Positions 1 to 13,149 of a DNA stretch of 64,000 nucleotides are shown here, in pieces; position 1 is the stretch's first letter; the number at the start of each line of letters is the position of its first letter. The position numbers and the translations under genes were made by a program. Origin of the DNA: Amoebidium appalachense (taxonomy: Eukaryota > Protista > Ichthyosporea); NCBI GenBank assembly GCA_963693365.1, contig CAVNZM010000003.1, positions 9,950,101 through 10,014,100 of the forward strand, given 5' to 3'. The notes below the pieces were generated by a model. It saw only the letters and a program-made list of their open reading frames with translations, made no database searches and was not told where the DNA came from.

Positions 1-54
1 ACGTCCACACATGCACATGCACATGCACATGAACACGCACATGCACATGCACAA

Positions 55-116
<62 letters not shown>

Positions 117-778
117 AACCAGCACACGGCCAATGACATGCACGGGAGCCCCCCCCCCCCCCCCCCCCATGCCACCCCCCCCCCCCCCCCCCCCCCCCAC
201 ACACACACACCAGACCACCACAACCACCACAACCACCACAACCACCATCACCTCCACATTTCCTATGGGTATGGGCAGAAAAACGACAATGGTGATAAAA
301 TATTCGATTTGAAAGAAGTTACAAACTCCTTCTGAGGCTTCCCCACCCACACCAACAAAATCATTTTGAATCATTATCTGAGCATTGGCTCTGAACTCGG
401 ACTGACATTCACAATGCAGACATCAACAGCGCAGAGAGCAATAGCAACAACGACAACATCAAGAACCCCGGCAGTGTGGCCAGCAAATCAGATGGTGACA
501 CCAACAGTCTCCTCCAAAACGACATGTCAAGTGATTTAGAAAACGAACCGCTCGTGATGTCAAAGACGGGTACGTATCTCGACTGGCATTATTCCATAGC
601 CTGTTTCCATAGCCTGTTTGTGGTGATGCTAAACGGGCTTTTGGGAGACAAATGTCTATGCCATTTTCTGTGCAGTGTATGTGCATTTGCATGTCCGAGT
701 GAAATAGGGAGATTCGGAGATAGGGAGGTAGGGCTAAGAGGGAGAGAGAGAGACGGGGGAGGGGGGGGGGGGGGGGAG

Positions 779-867
<89 letters not shown>

Positions 868-916
868 GGGGGAGAGAGCGACAGCGAGTGAGAGGGGGAG
901 AAGAGATGATGATAGA

Positions 917-968
<52 letters not shown>

Positions 969-1085
969 AGAGAGCGACAGCGAGTGAGAGGGGGAGAAGA
1001 GATGATGATAGAGAGGGAGATAGAGATAGAGATAGACAGCAAGAGAGAGAGTGACAGAGAGAAAGCGTGTGTTAGTGTGTGTGTG
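1..1085. repeat. Microsatellite block: (CA)n, poly-C, (CAC/AAC)n, (GA)n, poly-G, with a short internal duplication
   Basis: Directly visible. The segment GAGAGAGCGACAGCGAGTGAGAGGGGGAGAAGAGATGATGATAGAGAGGGAG occurs twice (~872 and ~967). Confidence 0.9.
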
Positions 1086-1568
1086 AAATTCATGAAGCAC
1101 GTATGCAGGAATTTTTGAGGGTTGGTTGTAACTAAAGTTGTATCGTTACCCATCAGGACAAACACACAAGCGCCGAGCATCTACGGAGGTGCCAGTCCCC
1201 GCAAAACGACCAAGGGTACCCATATACAGCATCAAGAAAAAAATACCATCCTTCGGAAACCCTCGCAAGGGATAGTAATATTCTGTATGGTGTCTGTTAT
1301 AACTCGAATGACCGTCAATAGACCTTCACACGAATGCGTATGGTATTGCTATCCTTGGAATGAAATCGTAATTGCCATACTTCGTTATGGCAAACTGCCT
1401 CCACGGTGTAGATATGTTGACTTACGACAAAGAGTCCTGGCCTCTCCATTGTGTTAAACGACCTTATATGAATGAGAGATTCTTCTTGTTATGAATATAT
1501 TTCGGCAAATTTTATTTTTGCTTGTAGGAACGGACACCCTGGAAATTTCGTAGTATGTCTTAATTAAA

Positions 1569-2449
1569 TGTTGGAGTACTCGTGTGTGTGTTGTGTTGTC
1601 TGTTTTCTTTCGATGAATTCAAACGGTCCCAGTGTACTTCATATACAAAACCACACCGTACTTTCAAAGTCTGGTCGATATTTTGAGCATTTACAATATG
1701 TGATTGATTAGTATGTTCTGCTCTAGGAAATGGACTCTCAGAATCCATGAAGTCTGTTTTTCTTTCTACTTCTGAGTGCGTTACGATGGTGTCTGCAGGG
1801 AGAAGTAGACTCTCAGAGTCCAGGGAATGTGTTTTACCTTCTTCATATGAGTGCATTTTGATGGTGTCTTGCAGGGGGGATTAGACTCTCAGAGTCCCCT
1901 GACCATGATTTTATATTCCATAGACGTTCGTTCTGAGTCCGTTATCCATTTCTCTTCTGCTTGTCCCAATCTCCAGACACATGTTTTCCCTTCTTATTTT
2001 CAGGTGTTGGTTCGTGAAATTTGGCACACCCTGGTAACCCTATAAGCACAAATAGGCGCGCGGCAAGCATGTAAGCATGTGTTAGCTCATGTATGATCTA
2101 TCGAAAACGGTAAACCACAGGCCTGTCTGCCGATTTTGCTTGTATCTAAGCCGGCTAGAATAATTCTCCGGTTCCCTGTGTACATATATGAAATCGGTCC
2201 ATTTAATAAGATTGGAAGGCAGGTCGGCAGTGCCGGCAGGGTTTTGGTTTAAACCTGAGATGAGCTATAATGACGGCGTTCGACTGGTGTTTCCTTCCCT
2301 TCCCTTCCCTTTGCATCTTGCCTCCGTGTTTGCCGATTGCCTTTTGACATCAGTAAATCATTCCCATTTCATGGGAAGTTGCACCTACCGGTCCTAGCAT
2401 TTTACTATACAGACAACTATATATATAGGCTGTTGTGGATTACCCAACA
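1569..2449. repeat. Candidate LTR of a copia-like family
   Basis: Bounded by TGTTGG...CCAACA, 881 bp, non-coding, similar in size and termini to the LTR at 4926-5840. The flanking 5-mers (TTAAA/TTGTA) do not match, so there is no TSD support. Confidence 0.35.
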
Positions 2450-2475
2450 TTGTAAAGTTTACAATTTCTCCCATT

Positions 2476-3072
2476 ATGTGTTCCGGCAAGCCCACCAAGA
2501 CTGCCTGGGAGCTTCTCCTCCGTGTCGTTCGTTACCTGCTCGGCACCATCAACCTCGGCCTCTACTACAAGAAGAAGGCCCCCAACAGCAAGGTGCCCAT
2601 CCTTGAGTGCTACTCGGATTCTGACTTTGCTGGTTGCCCCACCACCCGTCGTTCCACGTCTGGGTACATCATCCTCCTCGAAGGCTCCCCCGTCACCTAC
2701 CACTCCAAGCTGCAGACGATCACTGCAACTTCCACGTGTGAGGCCGAGCTCCTGGCCCTCAATGCTGCCGTGCAAGATGTTGTCTGGCACCGTCACGGTG
2801 ATCTACTAAAGGAGCTGGGCTACCCCATGACCGAGCCCACCCCCGTGTACTGTGACAATCAGTCCACCATTGCTCTGGTCCACTCCAACACCATCAAGCA
2901 CCGGACCAAGCACATTGCCGTTCGTTACTTCAACACAAAGGACTACATCAACAGTGGGGACGTCACTGTCACCTACATCGACACCAAGAAGAACCTGGCC
3001 GACATCTTCACCAAGCCTCTGGCTGGTCCGGCCCACGACACACACCGTGCCAACCTCAGTCTCCGTGACTGA
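2476..3072 (+). pseudogene. Copia Pol C-terminal fragment (end of RT plus RNase H)
   Basis: Canonical copia RNase HI motifs: YSDSDFAG..TRRSTSGY, STCEAEL, YCDNQSTI, HRTKHI.VRY, NLADIFTKPL. Confidence 0.95.
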
Positions 3073-3682
3073 CCCGTGCACTGGTGTTCATCATCGAGTA
3101 GTTTCTGAGTAGGTTGGGGCCCTGGACAGCAGTTGACACACCTACGGTGATCAAGATGCCTCCCAACGAAAGTCTACTACTCCTCATCGTTTCTCTTCAT
3201 CAGTGGGGACTCAGTCTTCCATCGTCATATGTGTGCATCTTCAGTGGGGATTATTCTCCACCATCCGTCGTTTATTTATATTCATATCCCACCATATATA
3301 TTGGTTTTCTTCTATATTCGACTTATATATATGTCGAACTGGGATGGCGTCCCAGTATAAATAATTATCTATAGCCATGACGTGCTGGTTGACTGCCAGT
3401 CTAAACCTAGTCCACGGGATGCACCTTCCCCGTGTCTTAACTGGTTGACACCAGTCTATAAATCAGTCCACAAGATGTTCATGTCTTGTGTTTACCTGGG
3501 TGGTCCCCAGTATAAACCATTAGCCACCAACACGTCACACATACACTAGTGTTTCCTATATATATATATATATTTCGCCGATAACCACCATGATTTCTTA
3601 TTTCGAGTCTTCAGAGGCAACCGTCGTTGTGTGCCTCTTCAGTTTTGATTCTCTCCTTCCCACCTCAAGGATCTTCGGTTTG

Positions 3683-4767
3683 GGTTTTATTTGTGGAAAT
3701 TATTGACATAAATATTTTTCTGGGTAAACACGTAGGATGGGTGTCCGATATCAACAGACTTCGTTTCATGTTTTAGCAGTTCGCGTTCGGCTGCCCGCAT
3801 ACGGGCACCTATTAGCCGATCAAAACATTAGATTCCACAGATCACTAGACCGAGTTTGATTGGCTCAGGATCAGATTTCACATAACACTAGATCGATTTT
3901 GATTGGCTCAGATCGGTAGCCTTAGGTATATAAGCACGACAGTTTTTAGCAGATCAGCAAGCAACAAACACATCTTCTGTGTTTAGCACCTACAGCTTTA
4001 CAGCTATATTTTTCTTTTCTTCTCCCTATCTTTCCCTACGCCGGTCAGCATGCCGCCGAAAAAGCGCCAGGCCTCAGCCGCCGCCCCTGCCGCGGCACCT
4101 AAGCGCCTGACCCGCAGCGACCTCCGCCACAGGCTGACCAACGCTCCCGCGGGCACTGACGCGCCTCCAGCGGTCCATACCACCACGGACCCTCCGGCTA
4201 CTCTCCCCTCTACTCCTGAAGTCCCTCCTCAGGCCCCACCGTCCCCGCCGATGACTTCTCAAGACGCCGTCCTTGCCGCCCTCACCGCCATCAGCACCCA
4301 GATGGCTGGCGTCCTGGCCGATCTCACCAACCGCGACCCTCCCGCGCCCCCCGCCGCGCCCTCCGCACCCGGGGAGATTTCCCTGGGGCTGCATCTCGGC
4401 CCTGACCTGGATCTACCTGCCCTGCCCGTGCCCCCCATTACAGGTGAGAACACTGGCGACATTCAGCCGGGCACACTCCCGCTTCCCCCCGCGGATGTGC
4501 TGGCAGATTTGCGCGCCAATCGTTTCGTCGACCTGTATAAGTTCACCCCCGCCGCCCTCCTGGCCCCATCCAAGAAAGGTCAGCATCTGCGCATGGCCGA
4601 CAACGGCAGCATCGAGACTTTTCGCCAAGACAAACCTGTTCCCCTGCGTTCACTCGTCATTTGGATCCAAGCTTGGACCCATTACATGGCCGCCAAGCAC
4701 CACCTCGGCCTCCCCACGGACGAAGAAGTACTTTGGACTCAGCACATCACTCGCCTCAGCACCAGAT
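3683..4767 (+). mobile_element. 3'-truncated Ngaro fragment (terminal repeat A plus 5' part of gag, ATG at 4050)
   Basis: Near-identical to 35061-~36173. The gag translation MPPKKRQAS...HITRLSTR matches the 35450 ORF. The rest of the listed 4050-5153 ORF is read-through into copia sequence. Confidence 0.92.
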
Positions 4768-4925
4768 CCTCTTCAGTTTTGATTCTCTCCTTCCCACCTC
4801 AAGGATCTTCGGTTTGCATCCTCGAGTGGGGAAACTTGAGTGTGACGGCCCCTCCTGTGTTTGGACCTCATCTACCGTCACATCAACAGACACGAGAACA
4901 CAAACTTCAACCCCTTGAGTGGGGA

Positions 4926-5840
4926 TGTTGGAATACGTCACCATGTATGACAGCAAGAGCCTTGAAGTATGTATGTGTTCTAGCTTGTTTGTATTCGTGT
5001 CTGCTTTCCTCCTTTGTGCTCTCTCTCTCTCTCTCTCTCCCTCCCTCTCTCTCTCTCCCTCTCTCTCTCTCCCTCTCTCTCTCTCTCTCTCCCCCCCCCC
5101 CCCCCCCCCCGTATCTCTCTCTCCCTTGTTTCTGTGGGCACAGATATCTGTAGATCTGTGCACACCTGGCTCTCTTGCCTGATAAGAACTTATTGTGTTT
5201 TTATTTCTATTTGCTCTCCTCTGTTTATCTGAGAGGTAGCGTGATTGGCTAGCCTCACTCGTTGTCTTTCCTTTATTTCAAAATGGCCTAGTTTTGTTCT
5301 CAAAAGGATGGCTCGCCAATAGTCGCGAGCGAGTACATCTGTAGATTGTGTTGTGCATTCCTGTCTGTTAATATATGTGTGTTGTGATTGGACAATAGAT
5401 ATATATGGAATTCGGTTTATTGCAAAGTGTCTTCACTTTGAGAGTGTCGACTGTTAGGAAATATATGTATTTAAATAGGTTTCTTTATAGAGACGAACAT
5501 AAATATATGTGTGAGTTAATAGTGACTAGATGTATAATTACTTAAAATATTTAAGTAAGAGTTTCTACACTTTAGTTTAATCGGAAGTTGGAATGCGTAT
5601 GCTCTGTCGGAATGTGTTTTTCTATCTTCTGATAGAACCGATTGGTTCTCCCTCTTTAGTTGTGATAAGGCGATAAGTCGCAAGTACAAAAGGAACCGAG
5701 AGCACAATAAAGATTCAGTTGTTGTTTGAAATCTTTCAATGTCTCGTGAACAACTCCGATTGCCCTCTCATTGATGTGTTAGTCGTGTTTTACATGACAC
5801 CTCTGTGCACTCTGCTCCCTTAGACCCGTACAAAACAACA
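4926..5840 (+). repeat. Copia 3' LTR (915 bp)
   Basis: TGTTG...CAACA termini, preceded by a PPT. Internal part 5212-5813 recurs at 15996-16597. Confidence 0.88.
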
Positions 5841-6141
5841 ATAGCAACCAAAGACGAACTTCAAGGCTCCGGTGGTGTTACGCATACCGCTGCCGACGAA
5901 CATTCCCAACCACATCATCCCCTATGCGACCCAAGAAATTGGCGGTGATGCCAACAATTCACCTCAAAGCAACAGGCAGGCTAAATCGACTCCACAGAGC
6001 AACAGCAACGACGGCCCGTTGGCTGTTGGTGACATCACTGACCGGAATGATGACGACGTGGCGGGACAACACAACACCCACTCGGATGCAAACGTTAACT
6101 TTCAGGCAGGGCCCGGGGTGGGGCAGAAAAGAATGGTTTAA
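5841..6141 (+). pseudogene. 3' remnant of a further AP2-gene copy, cut by the copia insertion
   Basis: Matches 12535-12823 and 29157-29445, with two 6-nt indels. Confidence 0.75.
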
Positions 6142-8734
6142 GTGTGGTAGGTGGTCAGATACGTATACAGAGGTGGGCCCCGGGGACACATAAGGTACTC
6201 TTATAGGAGAAAAGAAGGTGGTTTGTGGACACTGATGATTTCACCGGGGTGGCTGTTACTAGCTGTTTGTACATGTGTATATGTGCGATGTGTCATTGAT
6301 TAGGGGTACATATTGCATTATGCCTATGGCCTGCACACCTGTTTGTGGGTCGAGGAGACTCTCGGAGCCATTGTGTTTTTCCTTCTTCCTCTCTTTCTGC
6401 CCGGTTTTTTTTTTTGTTCTTTTCTTTTTTTCTCTTTTTTTTTTTTTTTCTTTTTTTTTCTTTTTTTCTTTTGGCTTTCTGGTGTGTGTGGGGAAGGGGG
6501 GGGGGGGGGGGGGGGGGGGGAGGGGGGGGGGGGGGGGGCTGTCTGAGTTACTGCGCAAATGCAAATGAATACAACCTGCAGGAGAGTAAGATTTGCGCAA
6601 ACATGACTACTATAGCAGTGTGGACAAAGTTTATGATATATCATATTTATAGATAGTTTTAGGTTACATAAACAATGTTTTCACAATCTCCCATAGAAAA
6701 CCATAACTTAGTAAATTCTACTGCCAATATTATTCTGGTCACAGAGAAATTCAGTCCATTGCCTTCCCCAGAACGCTAGCACGTGTACATGTAACAGTAT
6801 ACATGCATAAGTTACATGGCAGGGCTTCTGCTATAACTATACAAAAAGGTATACAAAATTTCAAGTTGATAAATTGAAGCCGTTCGCGGCACCTACCAAT
6901 TAATAATAATATTATCATTATTAAATCTGCAGAAGCCTTTTTTTGGTGTCCCGACGAAAACATTGGCCCCGCTCATGCAGCTAGTATCGATAGTGATCGA
7001 TAATCGATTTCGTTGCCCCCCCCCCCCCCCTCCCCCCCCCCCCCCCCCCCCCCCCCCCACCTTTTCCTCCGGATCCTCCTCCTCCTCCTCATTCCGGCCA
7101 GGAAACCGGACCACCTATGTAGTTTTTGAAATCTTCTAAAGTTATTATGTATGTGTACAGTACGTGCGTGTGTGTGCATTCGAGTGTTTGTGTGTATGTG
7201 CATGTGTGACTGTGTACACGCCGACAGATATGGTAACCCTCGAGTACTAGGCATGTCCTCTCTCTCTCTCTTCCCCCCCCCCCCCCCTCTCTTCCCCTTT
7301 CTCCCTCCCTCTCTCTCTCTCTCGCCCCCACCTCCCCCTCCCGAGGATTTCTCTCTCTCACTCCCCCCCCCCACCTCCCCCTCCTCCCCCCCCCCCCCCC
7401 CCGGCCCCCCACCTCTGCCTGCCTCTACCTTTCCTTCTCTTCGAATTCTGTGTGTCACATAATATTTGTGTATGCATCATTCTCGTTGCCTACTTGCTGA
7501 AACCCGTGTTTTTCTACAGCTGGCCTTCAAACTGAAAGTATTATATGCAAGCCAAACAAACCGATCACGCGTTTGGAATATGCATGTTTCCGTTCTGTAC
7601 TGTACCTGGACGGCGCAAAGCAAACGGGTCTGACGTCTGCTGTCGATCGAACCAGCCCTTTCGAAGTTCGCCGCCGTGCACACGTGAGGAGGGCTCACGA
7701 GTCACATTTTTCTTTCTACCAATAGGAATGACGCTAGATAAGCCATTACCACCGAATCCCAAACATTGCCAAGGCAGTCCGGAAAACCAGCGCATTATTT
7801 GTGTTGAGCTAGCAGAGTACTGTACAAGTGACCACATGTGTGAGCTTCGACATACTGAACCGTAAGGGCCTGCTGCCCCCCCCCCCCCCCCCCCACCCCC
7901 CACCCCCCCCCCCCCTCCCCCCACCCCCCACCCCCCCTCCCCCTTCCCCCCCCCCCTCGTCCTCCCCCTCTCCCCCCCCCCCTTGCACACCCTCCGTCCT
8001 CTCTCCCCCCTACCCCTCCGCTCCTTTCTCCAACTCCCGCTTTTTTCCGCTCCTTCCACCCACAAACACAATACATGCATGATTTCTTTGCCTCTGCCAT
8101 CATATTGCCCGCACAACTCTTTGTTTCATTTCCATTCTCACCCAAAAGCTAGAATCTTTCAGCCCTATTTTAGTTAACCCTGGGAACTTGTTGTTCGTGT
8201 GTTGCATCTTGTCCGAACACGCTATTTTGCTTTTTGCTGGTGGAGGCAGAACCAAGCCCGTTGATGGCAGGCGCGGCTAGATTTGGTAGGCAGGGACTGG
8301 GGGAGGGGGGGAGGGGGAGGAGGAGGGGGTGGGTGGGTGGGTGGGTGCGTGGTTGGGGGGGGGGGGAGGGGGGGGAGGGGGGGGGGGTTGCCTAATGTTG
8401 AAGAGCCTTGTAGGTACCTAGTATTGTGCCGGTAGGGAAAGAGTCGGGATCGAGAGGGAAGGGAGGGGGTGGGGAGGGGGGAGGAGGCGGGGGGAGGGGA
8501 GGGGAGGGGGGGAAGGGGGGTCCCAGACGAAATAAGTATCACCCTGAGGAGAAGGTTACGAGGAATAATATGAAACACCGTGGAAATTATTTCAACGTGC
8601 AGCACATATGGCTTGGTGTCTCACTTGCTTTCAGACATAAAAGGCAACTTTTGGCAGGCTTTTGGTCTGTGACTAATATGTTGTTCTTTTTTGCAGATAC
8701 TCTTTGTTTGCTTGTTTGTCTCTCGTCTGGGAGG

Positions 8735-8807
8735 ATGTTGACCAGGAGGTTGGTTCGAGTGGCTGTCTCGGGAACTAAACCAGCAACCTCGGTGGGAGAG
8801 GTATCCA

Positions 8808-8852
<45 letters not shown>

Positions 8853-8982
8853 CCCCTCCACCTCCCCCCCCCCCCCCCCACCCCCGGGCCCACCTCCCCC
8901 CCCCCCCAAAAAAAAAAAAAAAAAAAAAAAAAGGAGAAGAAGAAGAATAAGAAGAAGATGGAGAGAGAGAGCGATAGAGAGA

Positions 8983-9020
<38 letters not shown>

Positions 9021-10043
9021 CTCCCCCCCCCCCCCCCCCCCCCCCCACACCCCCTAAAAAAAGAAAGGGAGGGGGGGGGGGGGGGACAGAGAGAGAGAGT
9101 TAGGTAGAGCCTCCCTTCTCCCCCTTTTCCGCCTCCCCCCCACACCCCACGCCCCTAAAAAAAGAAATATGAGTGAGGGGAAGAGACAGAGAGAGAGAGG
9201 GGGGGGGGGGGGGAGGAGTGTGTGTGTGTGTGAGAGAGACGGAGGGGGCGAAAGAGAGAGGGAGAGGGGAGGGAGAGAGAGAGAGGGAGGGAGAGATAGA
9301 GAGAGAGAGAGAGAGAGAGGGCGAAAGAGAGAGGGAGAGGGGGGGGGGGGGAGGGAGAGAGAGAGAGACAGACCCAGACACTCACACACCTTACGTTTCC
9401 GCCCGCACCCGCTTCTCCCACTTCATTACTCATATCCAGCCTCCCTCCTGGGCATAAACTTGTTGGGAGAAGAATGGCTGCATGGCTCCATCCTCATGGA
9501 AAAGGCAACGTGAACAAATTTGCAGATGCTCTCATGCTGGTCTATGCTCGCACATCTCTGACAGGACAATCGTGTGTGCCTGTGCAGAAGGCACCACCCT
9601 CATCCATGCACCTACACTCTGTGGTTCCTAGTTGGTTTACTCAACTTACTTTACTTACTTTACTTACTTGACTTACTTTACTTACTTGACTTACTTTACT
9701 TACTTTGCTCACTTGTACACCTACAGCCTGTACGGTTTGCTGCAGTCACGAGCAACCAATCCACATGCATGGGCTACGTCATTTTCAACCCCTTCCTGTC
9801 GGTGGGCACACGGTCACTACATGCCCTGGCCCAAGGGAGAGGTATGTGGTTGTGGTGCGATAGATGTGTCTTTGTTTGGCATGGCAGCTTCAACTTCAAC
9901 TTTTGGGCCCATTTTGTTTTCGAAGGCTCGAGTATTCACCTCGGGGCTCCGCTGTATCGAGAAAAGGTGCCGAGGATGTACCGTTCTTTGTCTGCCCCGT
10001 CTCTCTTCGGAAGCCCGTTTACCTGCTGCTCCCCTCTCCCTTC

Positions 10044-10075
<32 letters not shown>

Positions 10076-10920
10076 TGTCCACCTCTGTGACGGCTCTGTT
10101 TAAAGTGTTAATGGGGAACAGGATGGGGCAGGGCCCATGGGTTGCCTTTTTTTTTTTTTTCTTCTTTTTTTTTTTTTTTGGTGTGTGTGTGGGAGGGGCG
10201 GGGGGGGAGGGCTGGACGAAAGTTATATTAGATTCAAAGGGTTCGTGGGGCAAAGGGAATTTATGTATGTGTACTACACGAATACATACATGGTCGCCAG
10301 GGCACACGCGTTAGGGCTTGCTTTGTCTCCCTGCCCCTCCTCTCCTGCCTACACACACACACCCACACATACACAGACACACACGCGCGTGCACACACGC
10401 ACGCACACATATGCACGCACGCACGCACACACACACTCTCTCACACACACACACACATACACACACACTTGCACACATTTGTTTTCCCTTCTGATCAGCT
10501 CGATTGAGGGTACATTTATGAATGCACAGTGAACAATGGGGCTAAATTGGTATGTTCCGTGCCTGTGTGTACACAAACACGGGCATGTCTAAAGTCACAC
10601 CAAGCAGAAGAGCAGACACATAACACAAGAGGGTATTTTGGGTTTCAGACAAGGTTGACAAGCGGCTCGCACATTGTTTTTCCACGTACGTGCGGTGGGT
10701 ATTGGGGCGCGGGGGGGAGGGAGGGGGGGGGGGGGGTACAGTCTCACTCCTGGTCGGCACAGGGCCCCAACAAACTGTGTTCGGCATTCAGAACGGTCAG
10801 ACTGCTCCTGGCCGGTTGTCTCCCTTTGGAATGGTGGCAACGGTATGTGTAGTTGGTGCTCTACTTCCCTTCACCCGCTCCCCCCGCTCCACCCGCCTCC
10901 TCCACCTTCACAGACACACA

Positions 10921-10952
<32 letters not shown>

Positions 10953-10955
10953 GGG

Positions 10956-11017
<62 letters not shown>

Positions 11018-11024
11018 GGGAGAG

Positions 11025-11099
<75 letters not shown>

Positions 11100-12538
11100 C
11101 ACACACAGAGAAAAGCACGCTCGCACACACACACACACACAAAATTACACATATTGAAACACACACATACACTAGAGCCAGTGTGCAAATACATAAGCAC
11201 AAACACTCGCAAGAAAATCAATAAATATAAAAGGCGGGGGAAAGAAAGGGAAAAAGAGAAAGGTATGCGTGCCACCATCCAAACCCAAAGCCAAAGAAGA
11301 ATGAATGAATGAATGAAAGGTGGCAAAATAGCATTCAAACCCCAGCAACCACATAACACAGACTGAATATTGACACGCCACACCAACACATTGTCAACCA
11401 CCCAACGGTGGATGTTTGTTTGTTGGGGATTTTTATAGTTGAATGTGTCGGGGTTGGTATCAGCCTAAGGTGTGCCGTTTGTGCGAATGTGAAGTTTGTG
11501 GGAGGGCTTACAAGGAGAGAGGGGGCCAGGGGAAGGGCGGGGAGAGGGGGGGGGGGGGGGGTAGGCAATGATCATCGCAAAGCTCAACTGCCGCAAGTGC
11601 ACTTACGATGGCCTTTTAAAGTCTAAAATATAGAGAATAAACATATGTACATTTTCTCATCTCTGATGTAAAACGCTATGCAGGGAAGGTCGCGCGGCTG
11701 GCAGACACTCTTTGGGCCCGTTCGCCCATTCGCGAACCGAAATATGAAAGACACAGGCCAACACTACCGGGGAGTATATTGGAAAGAGGGCAAATGGCAT
11801 GCAAAGATAGGAGGCATCATGCATGTCGGTTACTACGAAAACAGTCGCACGGCTGCACGGCAGCGGGATTTGGTCATTGATTTGTTGGTGCAGAAGGGGG
11901 TGTTGGCTCACCGATACCTAGATTCTAAAAATGTTAGCCTCGGGAATTTGCGTAAATTCAAACCGACAGCCGATGATTTGGATTGGGCAGAGGAGTGGTG
12001 GGCCAAGAAAACAACAAAGACGAAATCGTCAGTGTACAAGGGCGTAGCCTACAAAATTAGCAATATCCAAAAGCCTTGGCAAGTGCATTTTCCGAAGGAT
12101 GGTGTTTCTCATTACTGCGGGATCTACGCGACAGAAGTGGAAGCGGCACTTGCAAGGGACAAGGTGATACGTACTCTGGAGATTTCAAAGCGAGAGAAAC
12201 TAAGGCACCTAAACTTCTATCTCCCTGGCGATTATTTGAGTGTCGAGGAAGCAGAGCAGGCTGGGTGCATAGGGGTGTTCCTCCACACAGCCAGATCCCA
12301 TTTACCCAACCCTTACCGAGTGAGCCGAGTGGATAGACCTGTTTCGGGTACCCAACCGAAATACCTCGGCTACTTGCCTCGGTCACCGAAGGAGGCCGGG
12401 CATACGATCGAGACGCACTGGCTGCATGGGCGCAGCAAAACGGACCACGCGGCCCCCTGCCCCCAACCAACTTCTGTCCGACCGAATACGGACACAAACT
12501 CCCTCAGCTGCCGCCACCAATCCACAACCCCACGATAG
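8735..12538 (+). CDS. Triple-AP2-domain protein, copy 1. Inferred exons 8735-8800, 9727-9841, 10742-10842, 11684-12538. A 1-nt frameshift in the third domain is either a pseudogene lesion or a sequencing error.
   Basis: AP2 signatures YRGVYW..GKW.A.I...VG.Y....AAR.RD, YKGV...W....[16 protein letters not shown] and CIGV...Y.V...YLG.F. GT-AG junction phases (0, 1, 0) join in frame. TACTTGCC versus TACTTTGCC in copy 2 shifts the frame at ~12375. Confidence 0.7.
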
Positions 12539-13111
12539 CAACCAAAGACGAAGGCTCCGGTGGTGTTACGCATACCGCTGCCGACGAACATTCCCAACCA
12601 CATCATCCCCTATGCGACCCAAGAAATTGGCGGTGATGCCAACAATTCACCTCAAAGCAACAGGCAGGCTAAATCGACTCCACAGAGCAACAGCAACGAC
12701 GGCCCGTTGGCTGTTGGTGACGTCACTGACCGGAATGATGACGACGTGGCGGGACAACACAACTCCCACTCGGATGCAAACGTTAACTTTCAGGCAGGGG
12801 TGGGGCAGAAAAGAATGGTTTAAGTGTGGTAGGTGGTCAGATAAGTATACAGAGGTGGGCTTTGGGGACACATAAGGTACTCTTATAGGAGAAAAGAAGG
12901 TGGTTTGTGGACACTGATGGTTTCACCGGGGTGGCGGTTACTAGCTGTTTGTACATGTGTATATGTGCGATGTGTCATTGATTAGGGGTACATATTGCAT
13001 TATGCCTATGGCCTGCACACCTGTTTGTGGGTCGAGGAGACTCTCGGAGCCATTGTGTTTTTCCTTCTTCCTCTCTTTCTGCCCGGTTTTTTTTTTTTTG
13101 TTCTTTTCTTG

Positions 13112-13149
<38 letters not shown>

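Larger units (their letters stand above)
2485..5840 (+). mobile_element. 5'-truncated Ty1/copia LTR retrotransposon (end of pol, 3' UTR, PPT, 3' LTR)
   Basis: Copia RNase H ORF, then the polypurine tract GAGTGGGGA immediately before TGTTGG (4926). The LTR ends CAAAACAACA (5840), and AP2-array sequence begins directly after it. Confidence 0.9.

Noticed and set aside
9645-9705. (TTACT/ACTTACTTT)n as an interstitial telomere
   Set aside because: It is not a G-rich telomeric unit and recurs at the same intronic position in each array unit.
10499-10549. Candidate extra coding exon CAG|CTCGATTG…AAATTG|GT in the AP2 unit
   Set aside because: It contains stop codons in all three frames, so at most it is a non-coding or poison exon.
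11678-12538. HNH-AP2 homing endonuclease or AP2-integrase
   Set aside because: No HNH or recombinase motif is fused to the AP2 domains, and the unit shows no TIR, TSD or recognisable Helitron ends.
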